NCBI GenBank assembly: GCA_905178155.1
Contig: CAJINV010000024.1
Span: 352,715 to 416,714, forward strand
DNA from: Amoebophrya sp. A120
Lineage: Eukaryota; Protista; Dinoflagellata
Direction of reading: 5' to 3'
DNA: 64,000 bases
The first letter of the stretch is position 1, and each line of letters starts with the position of its first letter. Shown piece by piece: positions 13,196-25,080 of this stretch. The translations under genes and the position numbers were made by a program. The notes beneath the pieces were generated by a model. That model worked only from the letters and a program-made list of their open reading frames with translations. It was not told where the DNA came from and searched no databases.

Positions 13196-14593
13196 GTCCC
13201 GGGCCCTGCTCTGCTCGACCGCCAAAAACAGCGTCGTGCAGCAGAAGAGTGCGACTTCGGTTGCGGCTCCGTGCCTGGCGCAACTATCTGTGGCGCGGCG
13301 TTCTGCTCAGGGCGTGGCGCCTTCGGTGTTCTTTCCTGAAGACTTTTCCCCGAGGGGCCGCTATTGCAGTGCGCGCCACCTCTTGTCTTTGCGGCCCGCG
13401 CTGCGTTTTGGTTGGGCCGGCTATCGTGGCCCGGGCCGCCGCCCTGTGGCGTGGCCATCGAGCCGCGGCGCGATGGGTGGTCTGCGCCTCGGCAACTTTG
13501 TTGCCGGGCTTCTCGTTGCGCCGTGCGACGGCGATGCGCCAGCGCGCGCGCCGGCCTCTGCGTGGTGTTTGGTCAATGAATGGCAGGCGCGCAGCGCATG
13601 CAACTTGTGCTTCACGAGCAGAAGTGTGGCATTGCGTACTGTGACTCTGAAAACAGCTGCGGCCGCTGGGACATGGCGGACACACGCTTTCGGATATAGA
13701 CACGCAGAAGCTAGCTTTGCTAGCGTGATTCGACTTGCGGGCACCCTCAAGTCGGAATTTTTGTGGTGTTGTTCCGTATCGTCTAATTTCGAAACTCCTT
13801 AAAAATCGGTAAGCACTAGCAAAACAAGTTTTGAGCAGCGCGAAGCCTCCGGTATATTTTTGTAACTGCAGCCGGAGCTGCAGCTGAAGCTGATTAGAAA
13901 ATGTTGCACATCAAGAACATCCTCTCGGTCGTGAAAGTGAGTCAGTAGCTTTGGTCTCATATCGTCACAGCATTGCACTTTCAAGAAATATTTATCGTGA
14001 TCGTTTCATGAGAAGTAAAAATAGCTCATGCATTTATTTGACCAAGTTTGAGCAAAATTGTCTTGGCCACCTCGTTACTGAATCTTTCGTGATGAGCATG
14101 TAATTCTCTACTTGACGTCGCACAGCAAGCATTCACTCTCGTCTTTTGGGGTCGTTGATTTCGTGTAATTGTCGTGGAAAAGCAAACCGGTTACTGCAAA
14201 GCCGCCAGACAGTAAGCTTCGTCAGTCAGTGAGCAGTTCTGATGTCTTCGTATGCATGAAACTTTGCAAGATCGAACAACTTTTCCCAAACTCTTGTCAC
14301 AGTGCGGGTCTCTTTGAGACAAATTTTGATTTTTCTTTTTCTTTCAAATTCAATTTGATTCTGCTCTTGTTTTTGATTGCTTCATTTTTGATTTTGATTT
14401 TGATTTCATTTAAGTGTAGTGAAAGGTGGCGCTACAACATCAACTAGTAAAAGATCAACCATTCTCGAGGAGTATAAATTTGCTACTACAACCAACATCA
14501 ACAACTCGCTTTACTCTCAAGAACTCTTCATTGTAATATACACAACTAGTGCCGAAGCCGAAGTCTTGAAATTTGCCCATCTTCACGTGTATC

Positions 14594-16612
14594 ATGTTTG
14601 GATTTAGGATTTTGCGGAGGTCGGGTCAACGGGTGGTTGCCCACACCAAGCACGTGCACCACGATGCCTTACCAACGATCAAACCTGTGTTGCCAGCAGG
14701 ACCCAGCATTGCTGTGCTGGAACACGGTCGAAAAAAAAACCTGACCATCGGGGACGGGATTGTATCCTGAGTAAAAACGTCCTCACATCACCAGATCTGT
14801 CATGCATATTTGCATGCCCAGAACAGCTACAGCACGAACACCTCTCGCGCGGCTCCCTATGGGACGAGGCATTTTGTAAGTAGTCAATTTGCGAGTCCGG
14901 GTACCGCTAAGGGAGTGAATTTGTGATGCGTCCGGAATAGTTCTCAGGCACGACTAGGGTATGTACTTATGTGAGTCGCAAAAGTTCGAGGCAGCTTGGC
15001 TTGCATCGTTCCTATCTTGCCTCTGGGTTGGGTGCGTTTTTACTCGGGATACGGAGAAAAGGTGCAGCCCGCGACAGTGGAGGAAGAGATTGTTCCGAGC
15101 GCGACTGTATCAAATGCAAAAATGTCTGTGTCTGGAAGGATTCGAGGTTTGTTATGCACATTTTGCATGACTCCTGGTCCTGAACCTGATGTCTGTGAAG
15201 CATGCCCTAGCATCACAGATTTTGTGAGGTGGGCTTCCTGATGCCTATACCGCATGACAAATGCTCTTTCTGTGTAGCAAAACTTGGACCCTCGTCTTTG
15301 CTGCTCATGCAATACAGATTTTTTTAGAATCCAAATGCAGCATCACGAGTTCCAACTTTGCAGACCCAGACATTTTTGCGATCCATAGACTGAGTCCACA
15401 GCGACGACGACCCCAGGGTCATCTAGAGTCGGAAGCAAAATCACCACGAACGAAGATGAGAAATCCAGCACGGCTGGGGCGGAGCGTGTGCGGAAAACTG
15501 TGACGTTTAGCGACCATGGGGCTGAGGTGCGGGAGTACGTGCCGGAGTCCGTAAAGGATATCCTGTGTAAAATCGCAACCCACGCCAGCATCGAAATGCA
15601 AATTGGACTTGTTCGAGACAAAGCCGGAAGTTTTGGCTGTTGAGCAACGATGCACATGATCTTCTTGTCTTGTGATTACAGCATGACACAAATTCCAGAA
15701 CCTCAGTAGTTACCATTTCTCAAAACCGTTTCGGGCATCATGTAGATTTGCATGACAAAAACTCATCTGGGGTGGGCCTCGCTTTTACTCAGGATAAAGT
15801 AGCAGTCCTTTGTGGCACAGCTGCTGTGCGAACTGCAATGGAGAAATACTACTCTCCACAACCTGCAGAAGGCAGCTGCCCGCCGTGCCAAAAAAAAGAT
15901 CCGCAGCCGGAACCACAGGCTGCGAAAGGCGACGATATACCGCGAGGACTGCCTCCGAGTCATGAATGCCGGGTGGCGGCGTGCCTACAACTACGTGGAG
16001 ACGAGGGACGAGGACGACAGCGATTTTTGCGCCAAGGCGGAACAGCATGACACGCCCGACGAACCGGGGCCGGTGCAAATGGTCGTCCAAAAGAGCTGTA
16101 GGATGACCATGCTCAAAACAACCGCGTCCCCTTCTTCACCTACACGACCCGCTTTGACCGCCAAGACCGTGACTTCGGTTGCGGAGACGTACTTGCCAGG
16201 AAGAAAGGGTGAGGGAACTTCTACAACCACTCCAGGTCCCTCGCAGGAGGAGGAGTCCTTTTCCGTTGCCCAGGAAGGTGGTGGTTCTACGGGATCGGAA
16301 GAAACGGCGCTGCTGAGGAAAAGCAAAAGGCTGGTGGTCCGCAAGAGCAATGCTGCAGAGGATCTTGCGCAAGAACAACTGGGAAGATGCGAACCCGGCA
16401 TCGGCGGATTCTTCTCGTACCTAAACTCCTTTCCTGCTCCGCCGCCCCTGGCCGTCCCAGCCGCACCCCAGCGTCGCACCACGGTCTTACCGCAGGGAAA
16501 CTACGTCCTGCGCGTGCGGCGGAGCGCCGTCGACACTTCGGTGTACAGGCTGGGAACGACGACTGCGCAGCCCCCGCGCCCGTCGTGGTGGGATTTGAAT
16601 CTTGGGTACTAG
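14594..16612 (+). CDS. Hypothetical protein; 4 exons separated by 3 introner introns; KTVTF (RVxF-like) motif
   Basis: Exons ~14594-14761, 15056-15106, 15392-15557 and 15801-16612 join in one open frame (GDGI|EKVQ...SAT|ESTA...SVK E|QSFVAQLL) when each element plus 5 nt is removed; start codon uncertain. Confidence 0.7.
14763..15051. mobile_element. Introner (tatcctgagtaaaaacg family)
   Basis: TIR tatcctgagtaaaaacg / cgtttttactcgggata; direct repeat decayed. Confidence 0.85.
15108..15387. mobile_element. Introner (tatcaaatgcaaaaatgtctgggtctgg family)
   Basis: ~30-bp TIR; perfect 5-bp direct repeat gactg. Confidence 0.95.
15559..15796. mobile_element. Introner
   Basis: TIR tatcctgtgtaaaa / ttttactcaggata; direct repeat aagga/aagta. 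Confidence 0.9.
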
Positions 16613-17164
16613 GACCGGAGGTTGCCGAAGTTGCAGTCACTCCCCCAAGATCATCCTCGTTGCAGATCTACTTCGCTCTACTACCCTTTTTACAGTGTAA
16701 TCAAAGTCAAAAGTAACCATTTTCCGCACCAAGAAGAACAAAGGACTGAACAATTACACAACCAAAGACGAAGATGAACATCAAAAGCTGAGATTTACTT
16801 TGAAAAAATACTGTCACACAAAGACCAAGCTAGCCTGCTGTTTAAGCCCCTAGTACCGGATTGAATTTTCTCGTTCACCTTCCCGCCCATGATTCGAATC
16901 ATGAGAACGACGAGCGCTGACTTTTTGACGACGATTTTTCCTTTTCCTCTACCGCACTCACGAAGATATTTCTACCAGTTTGATACAGCTCTATACGGTT
17001 ACATCTAGTACGCATTGACACAATTTTCCGAAGTTTTTGAAAGCCACCTGCTAAGTGACACCCGCTTTACAGCGCAGCAGCAGTCGAGCTGCAGTTGCTC
17101 GTCTTATAAGATTTTTTGAATTACTGCCGCACTTTGTGCGTTGTCGAGCCACCGTGCTCCATCA

Positions 17165-17333
17165 GAGAAAAAGAAATGAAAAAAAAGGAAAAAAAAGAAA
17201 AGAAAATGAAAAAAGTAAAAAAAAGGAAAAAAATGAAAAAAGTAAAAAAAAGAAAAAAACGAAAAAAGTAAAAAACAAAAGAAAATCAAAAAAATATAGG
17301 GTTTAGGTGTTTGGGAAGGGTTAGGGTTGGGGG
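17165..17333 (+). repeat. A-rich tract followed by degenerate telomere-like repeats
   Basis: ~130 bp of A-rich sequence, then tagggtttaggtgtttgggaagggttagggttggggg. Confidence 0.55.
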
Positions 17334-17372
17334 TCCTGCGCCTGCAGTTCTGCGTCGCTCGTCGCGCTTATT

Positions 17373-17624
17373 TATCAAATGTAAAAATGTCTGGGTCTGG
17401 AAGAATGCAGGTTTGTCATGCTTGTCTGGCATGACTCTTAAATTTGTCATGCACGCCACCAAAGAGACCCACTTTTCTGTCATGCAGAAACGCAGTCTGT
17501 CATGCTGAATAGGCAACACCTAGAAGCTCAGAAACGTGTCATGCTGAGCCAGCACTTGTGGCTCCCTCCTGATACGCCACCCAGCATCACAAGCTTCCAG
17601 ACCCAGACATATTTGCACTGCATA
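17373..17624. mobile_element. TAT...ATA element, same subfamily as 61525-61766; host gene not evident
   Basis: TIR tatcaaatgtaaaaatgtctgggtctggaag / cttccagacccagacatatttgcactgcata; perfect direct repeat ttatt. Confidence 0.95.
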
Positions 17625-18754
17625 TTATTGGACGTTGAAGAAGCCTGTTGCTCCACGCCACTGTATTACACCGAGTGTAGTAAGTATCAGCAGCGCGACG
17701 ACGCGTCACGGCCGCTACCCCGAACTCCCAGCAGTGTTGCCTCGCTTAGCGCTGGAGTTCAACAAGCAGAAAGGCAAAGGCTCCTGCATCTCCCGTTGCG
17801 GGCACAATCGAACGGGTGTTGCACAGCAGAGCAGTGTGGGTGGTGGAAGCAGCGGCCAGTCTGGAGGTCGTTCGTCGCGCTTGTTGGACGGTGACGAAGC
17901 CTGCCGCCCAGCGCCACTGCAAACCGAGTGAACTAGCAGCAGCACGACGACCCGTCACAACCACTACCGCAAACTCCCAGCAGTGTTGCCTCGCTTAGCA
18001 CAACGAGATGGGCCTTCTGGCGCCTGCGTTCACAGGAATTTCGGCAAGGCGGTTCGTCCTGCGGACGGTGGATGTTTCATGGCGGAGACGATCTGATGCT
18101 AGCGACAGCAATTCGTTCGAACAAATCACCTCCGTGACCGTGGCGACATCAGGGCAGGATCTCGGTACGGGAACAAGGTCGAAATAGAATCCGAGTTGCC
18201 GGTGTAAATGCAATTGCACCTCCCGAAAGAACAAACGGCTCCTGCAGTTGTCCAAGTAAGAAAACGCGAACAGCTGGTGGTGGTGGGATTGAAAAAGCAA
18301 GATGCCCGCATGATCCGACGGTAGCACGGCTAGGAGGTTCTTGAAGCAGATATTGCGCGATCGGGCACCATGCAGACTAGGCACTGGAGTTCAAAAAGCA
18401 GCAAGACAAAGGCTGCATCTCCCGCTGCCGGCACAATCGAACGGGTGTTGCACAGCAGAGCAGTGTGGGTAGTGGAAGCAGCGGCCAGACTGGAGGTGCA
18501 GATGGTAACAGACGGCGAACGGCAAGGTAGCGCAATGTGGCAAGCACCGTGGTGAAGCTGCGACTTTTTTCGGACGTCCCGCTTACGGGTAGGGGACGAC
18601 GGTACAGCGGCGTGGTTGGGGCCCTGTACGGTGACGAGACGGCGAGACTGATCTGTTTGAGGTGTGTAAGCCCGTTGCTAGCAGCGGCCGCACCTCCGCG
18701 GAGCAGACGAAGAAGAGGCGGCGACTTCATACATGCGCAGGCTGCTGCTATCTG

Positions 18755-18868
18755 CGACTGGAACTAGGGCGGAGGATCCGGTGCGCAATCCAGGGGCTGG
18801 AACTAGGGCGTATGATCCAGTGTGCAATGCAGCGACTGGAACTAGGGCGGATGATCCAGTGCGCAATT
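18755..18868. repeat. Three tandem copies of a 39-bp unit
   Basis: ctggaactagggcg.a.gatcc.gtg.gcaat x3. Confidence 0.85.
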
Positions 18869-18898
18869 TGCAGCTCCTACTTCTGTCCAAACACTAAC

Positions 18899-20433
18899 GC
18901 GTTGCCAGCAACGGTCGGCGCAAATACCAGAGCAAATGTGGCAGGTGCTGCGAGGAATATGTGGCCGTCATCGCGCGTTCGAATGGCGACGCCGGGTACA
19001 AATGACGATAAAGCACGTTGCTATCCACGGCAAATTTGTCTCGGTTTGAAAACTTGTCACGCTAAATTTCGGAGGATTGGAATACTTGCAATGGCAGTCA
19101 AGCATACGAAGTTTTTGGAACATCTTGCTCAGATGCCCAGCACGCATTACAGATTACGTTTTCACATCCACGTCAATAAGGAAGCTGTTCATTTGCTGCT
19201 GACGCAACACAGATTTCATTTTCAATCAGGAATGCAAGACACGCATTAATATTCAGACTCAAGCAAATTTGCAGTTGATAGTCGCGAGCAACGGCTATAA
19301 TATCGTGGCGACAAATGAATCCTACGGATGAACGCCGGCGCATTCGGCCTGCAGGCTGGTACCGTTTTATTCCCGTTTGGAGTCAATAGTGACAACCCCT
19401 CGGAAGGTGGAGTTGCGTTGCAAGCAACGCATGATAATTCCGGGGTTTGGTTACCGAACGTTGCCAGCAACGGTTTTTGGGCCCTCGCGTCATTGCTCCG
19501 GCTAATAGCACAGGATGTGTGATATTCGAAAATGACACGGTCAGCAGAATCAAGAGCGACAGTCCCCGGCGGCCACAACTGCGTTGCGAGCAACGTGGGA
19601 GGAGGGCGCGGGTAATACCCACGATGAGGAAGCAGCGCGTTGCCAGCAACGACTCTTCCTGCCCGTCGCTGGTACATGGAATCCCGGTCTGCAGTTGGAG
19701 GCGCAAGATCCGGTCTGCAGTTGGATTCTTCTTGGGACTCCGGTGGAGCAGCGTTGCCAGCAACGCATGATAATACCCGGGCTGCGGAACAAGACGTCGT
19801 TGCCAGCAACGGTTGTTGTGTCCTGCTTCCGTCGTCACTACTCCAGTGAAAATAACGATCAAACACTGACGCGTTGCCAGCAACGGACGGTGCAAATAAC
19901 AGAGCAGATTCGTGTGGCAGGTACCGCGAGGAAGATGTTGATGTGCTTCAAACCTGCACCAACGAGAGGCGCTGCCAGCAACGCTAATTGCGGCTGCGAA
20001 GTTGGCGTCACAGGATTTCGGCCTTTAGCGAGTGGGCTACGGTGGTCTAACCGCGGAAACACGACAGCTCGTTGCGAGCAACGACTGCGCAGCGGCGCTG
20101 TGAAGAAAAGGTACTTTCCGCGACGGCAAAACGATTCTACGAGGCACATCATCCGGTCTGCAGTTGCATTTTTCTTGGGAGTGCGGTGTCCAGGATGCTG
20201 ACGGTCCGTCCCCCTGTGAAGCAGCGTTGCCAGCAACGCATGATACTACCGGGGCTGGGTAACAAGACGTAGTGGCCAGCAACGGTTCATGTGCCCTGCT
20301 TCCCTGGTCACTGCTCCGGTGAAAACGAGGAATGTAAACGTGATTTTTTGCGGTCCGGCTTCATCCTGCAGCGTCGTGCAAAAAGCGAGAACAATGTATC
20401 CGGTGGTAAAAAGAAACGCGTTGCGAGCAACGC
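18899..20433. repeat. Array of ~13 dispersed 14-bp palindromes CGTTGC-NA-GCAACG
   Basis: Copies at about 18900, 19416, 19459, 19582, 19637, 19752, 19798, 19872, 19970, 20070, 20225, 20271 and 20419. Confidence 0.8.
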
Positions 20434-20523
20434 GGAAGTAGTAACACCGGTCAGCTTCATGATGCACCGGCCCAGCTTCTCTGAGACGGAACTTCTACAC
20501 TGCGCCACGCTTTCGAATACTGA

Positions 20524-21192
20524 AGTACCCAGCCAGAGGTCTGCTACCCGAGGTGTGGGGAAAAAGTTCGCAAAGTCGACCACTAATCCAGGACTCGAGT
20601 ACCTGACCGGAGGTCTGCTACCCGAGGTCAGGGAAAGATCAAGAACATGCCCGGGCGGAGCGGTCGACAAGCAATAAGAATGTCGAGTACCCAGGCGGAG
20701 GTCTGCTACCCGAGCCGGGGGAAAGAGGAGGAGCTGTCGGCAAATACGGAATTCGAGTACCTGGCCGGAGGTCTGCTGCCCGAGGTCAGGGAAAGATGAA
20801 GAAAAAGCCCGGGCGAAGTTGTCGATCAGCAGTACAAAGTTCAAGTACCCAGGCGGAGGTCTGCTACCCGAGCCTGGGGAAAGAGGATGTCGGCAAATAA
20901 CACGGAAATCGAGTACCTGATCGGAGGTCTGCTACCCGAGGTCAGGGAAAGATGAAACACAGGCCCGGGCGAAGTTGTCGACCAACAGTACACATTTCAA
21001 GTACCCAGGCGGAGGTCTGCTACCCGAGCCTGGGGAGAGAGGATTTCGGCAAATAGCACGGAAATCGAGTACCTGGCCGGAGGTCTGCTACCCGAGGTCA
21101 GGGAAAGATGAAACACAAGCCCGGGCGGAGTCGACAAGCAGTACACATGTCCAGTACCCAGGCGGAGGTCTGCTACCCGAGCCTGGGGAAAG
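20524..21192. repeat. Alternating dimeric repeat with core GGAGGTCTGCTACCCGAG (9 copies, ~70/~87-bp spacing)
   Basis: Core counted directly; two spacer types alternate. Confidence 0.9.
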
Positions 21193-21609
21193 ACTAGAGG
21201 AGGAGCGGCCGGCACATGCGGGCACAGTCGAACGGGTGTTGCACAGCAGAGCAGTGTGGATTTTGCAATCAGCAGGAACCGTCCCGCAGGTGCAAATGGT
21301 AATCAACAGCGAACGGCCACAATATAATGGCGCAGGAAGGCAAGTATCCCGGAGCTGCAACTTTTTTCGGACGTCCCGCTTGCGGGTAGGGGGCGACGGT
21401 ACAGAGGCGTGGCTGGGGCCCTGTACAGCTGCAGCACGGATAAGATGGCACGAATTTGATATCCTTTGGAGATGCTTGCTCTGCAACAAGAGTGAACAAG
21501 GACGGACAGCAGAAGGATTTCTTTTCAACTACCTCCCGAGAGCAGTGCTGCGGCAAGCTGTTTTTTCCGCACTGCCGTCCCGATAAAAAAAGAAGAGCAA
21601 CAAGAACGA

Positions 21610-21825
21610 CTGACGGCTTGATGCTGCGCACCAGTGAACAAACATGATGTTTGGCGCTGACGGCTTGATGCTGTCTGCCAACTAGGCGGTATTTTTGGCA
21701 CTGAGGGCAGCGTGATGGTGCGTGCCAGCAAAGCAATATTTTTGGCACGGACGGTTTGATGCTGCGTGCCAGCGAAATAACGGCAAGTTTGGCGCTGACG
21801 GTTTGATGCTGTGTGCCAGCGAACC
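21610..21825. repeat. Five degenerate ~46-bp tandem units
   Basis: tgacgg(c/t)ttgatgctg...tttggc(g/a)c recurs. Confidence 0.75.
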
Positions 21826-23554
21826 GGAAATTTTATTGACGACGAGAAACTACTCAAGCTCAACGTAAGCAAAACTACTTCTACCACTTCGCAAAGCCGA
21901 CACTCCGCAAAGCCGACGCTCCGTGTCCACAAAGGCGAACGAATGTAAGCGCTTGGATAAGTAGGCGACTCCAGCAGCAGGAGGAGGTGAGGCAAGCGAA
22001 GACCACGGGAAGGGAAGATGGGCGTGAGCACACAGATGGCAGCAGCGGCGTGGAAATAACTGTGTTCGGTGCTACTCGATCAGCAGGTGAAGATCCATGA
22101 AAGACGATGTTGACGGTGATGGCTTGAAGCCACATCATTACGTGCCTGTGGCCTTGGGGACCACGTCTAGAAAGCTCCCCAGGGCTACGGGCTCCGTCGC
22201 TGTATCGGTGGCTGGTATCCTGCTCGGGAAAAAGCCGTGGCTTGGCTTCTACTGGCCGCACCGATTGAGCACGCCATCCGGGACACGACGCTGCACGGAC
22301 GGCCAACAAAGCGGGAGAAGCTGACCGTGGCGCTTGCAACCCTGCAGCGGCCACCAAAAGCCGAACTACAACGAGGACGAGAGCTTGTTCGTTAGTGCCT
22401 CCGCCTGGAAAGAGCATTGTGGAACTGCAAATACAAAACGCTCAGTTGCCACTCTTGAGCCCGGAGGTTATGGATTGCAAGAGCACATCGACCGGGAAGC
22501 AGCAAGTTTGTCATGCAGATCGGCCACTTCTTTCTGGTTGTCAGGCGGAAAGCTTTCCGTGCGGTACACCGGAACCGGCAGGCGCACGTGAAACTGAATC
22601 CTTGCCATGGGTACTGCCACCTTAATGTCGTCGAGAGAAAGTACCGCATCCGAACTGGGTGCTGCTGACGCGCGTGCTAGGGGGCGCAAAATAGAGCCTG
22701 CACTCTCGGAGGTGGCTGCAACGATGAAGTGCCAGTTCGACGAGCAGTACTTTGGCGATTTTTGTGTAGCCCGGCCGAACAGAAATTGAAGCTTTACCAC
22801 GATGCACGGCTTCCAGCATCGCGTTCCCATTATCGTTTCAAAACCGCGGTGGATGTGCGACAAAACCGATATTACGAATGCGGAAACAAAACGAAGAGGG
22901 AATTCAAAACACAAACAAAGACCGGCTGCACCTGTCCAGTGCAAGACGTCCTCCAGAACTATGTGGCAAAAGGCCCGGGAGAATGGGAAAGGCGCAGCTC
23001 GCAATGCGCCCGGATTGGAACAACTTCGTGTCATACTAAGCACTAGCGTCGACATCAGGCCAGAATTTCGGTTGTGCGGGAAGGTCGAACGAATAAAGCC
23101 CGAGTTGCCGATGTAGATGCAATAGAAACTACTTCCGGAAGAACAAATCACGCCTGCATTTGTTCCAGTAAGAAAAAAGGAGAGCCAGCTGGTGAGATTG
23201 AAAAAACGAAAACCCCGCATGATCCATCGAAAAATTACTTCCACCACGATGACGAAGACCGGCCCGGATTTCAGTATGGCGAGGGCGAAATAAAAGCTGT
23301 CGAAGTGTCACTCTAAATGAAATAAACAATCGGACGAGCAAACGACTGTTGCAGTTGTCTCGCAGTTGTGGCGCCATTTTCTCGATCAGCAGGTGAAGAT
23401 CCATTGAAGACGATGTTGATGTTGATGGCTTGAAGCCACATCTTCCATCAGGAGGCTCCTGAAATGCGGAAACCGTGCGATGCGCTGCAACAGCAGAGGC
23501 AGCAGCAGTGCAAAATCTGCTGCCTGGTCGTGATGTGGGGCAGCAGGAATAACT

Positions 23555-23555
<1 letters not shown>

Positions 23556-23623
<68 letters not shown>

Positions 23624-23628
23624 GCAGC
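23556..23628. repeat. (CAG)n microsatellite, ~24 triplets
   Basis: Seen directly. Confidence 0.95.
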
Positions 23629-25080
23629 ACCAGAAGACGGCGACCTCGACTCCTGTGCAGAATAAACCGAACAGAACAATAGTGAAGGAGAACGAGAAGA
23701 GCGCTCGCTGAAAGACAGCTCTGATCCACCGGTTGTCCAGATCAAACAGAAGAAGGTTTTCGCGGGAGGTCACTAAATGGGACGGGCTGTGCAAGATTAT
23801 CTGTGCGTGTTCGGGTCCAACAGCAGAAGCACCAGCAGATTAAAAACCTGCTGCCTGCTGCGGGGCAGCTGCAAGAATAGCCGCAGCAACCGAAATCGAA
23901 GCTCTTCCAAGTTTTCCGAAGTCACCCTCTCCGGACACACATGAAACGACCGGCGATGCGGTTAGCAACGGGACGTGACTCACCGCTACCGGCCTGGGAG
24001 ACCACGTCTAGAAAGCTCTCTCAGGCCGGTAGCTGCGGAGCAACAGCGGCGCAGGAGCAGTAAGCCGTCCTTCCAGTGTAAAATCGGCAACAGAAGACGC
24101 AATTGCAAGCTGTGCCGATCTAGAACTTCCCCAGGTAATATTACGCTACCCTCGTAAAAACCTTGAGCAACGAAGGATCGCATCGTCTGGCTCAACCTCT
24201 TTGATGCCACGCAGCCGGACTGCCGTCGAAAACGCGATGTCTTGATGCTACTTACGCAGCCGGAGCGCGATCGAAAACGCGATGTCTCGATGCTACACAG
24301 CCGAATTACCAATATTGCAGCTGCGATGCGGAGAATTACTGTCTCAATCAGCAGGTGAAGATCCATGGAAGGCGATGTTGATGGTGATGGCTTGAAGCCA
24401 CGTCATGGAGCCGGACTTTTTGATGGCTTGAAGCCACTTCGGGCCGGCCAGCGGAAGTAGAGCATCAGCAAGCTCTTGGGTGCTGCACTGGAGGAAAGCA
24501 GCTTTTTTGTTGTGGGTAGATCGCAGCCCCCCACCTCCGATCACGCCCTCGTCTTCGAACCAACCGCAGCTTGCAAGGGCACCACGAAGAGGAGCTTTGT
24601 GTCGTGGCGTACCTGCCTCCAATCCATCGGCTAAACTAGTTGATTCGAGTGCACCTCCGCAGCTTGCGAGCTGAGGATGAAGAGGGTGGGCACAACGCAG
24701 CCTAGTAGGGGAGAAGCAAGCTGTTCGCGAATAATTTTCAGCAATTCATCGCCTGCTGTCTCAGAATGAAGAACTCGCTGTTGCAGACGAACCGCAGCCG
24801 ACGCGTTTATTTATTAGTTTGGATACATCTCCGCAGCCCCTTGTTGAGCCGAACTGGATCTTTTTGACGGGTTGAAGCCACTTCGGGCCGGCCAGCGAAA
24901 GCAGGGTCTTGAATCGCTACACCGCCAGAACCGATTTGCCACGGGACTACTCAACAGTCTTCCATTTTCTTTGCAGGAAAGCTGGAGTTGATCGACTGAG
25001 GCCAATTGGAGTTTGTTGGGCCGGAGAACCGACTTCTGCGTTTTCTCGAAGAACCGTCAGCAAACCCGCAACTCCGAGGG

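Larger units (their letters stand above)
17700..24900 (+). pseudogene. Patchwork of duplicated, stop-interrupted coding-like fragments
   Basis: cgaacgggtgttgcacagcagagcagtgtgg at ~17810, 18438 and 21229; cagcaggtgaagatccat...ggcttgaagccac at ~22080, 23387 and 24350; 18140-18320 and 23050-23230 translate to similar peptides with stops. Confidence 0.45.

Noticed and set aside
15107-15388. Canonical GT-AG splicing of introners (element + 2 nt), also possible at 45905-46234
   Set aside because: GT-AG appears only when the flanks happen to supply G. Element + 2 creates stops at 15559 and 49999 and breaks kinase motifs at 47203 and 50376. It cannot be excluded at these two individual sites.
23556-23628. 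Poly-glutamine protein
   Set aside because: The Gln frame has a TAA just upstream, and the surrounding sequence is stop-interrupted duplicated fragments.
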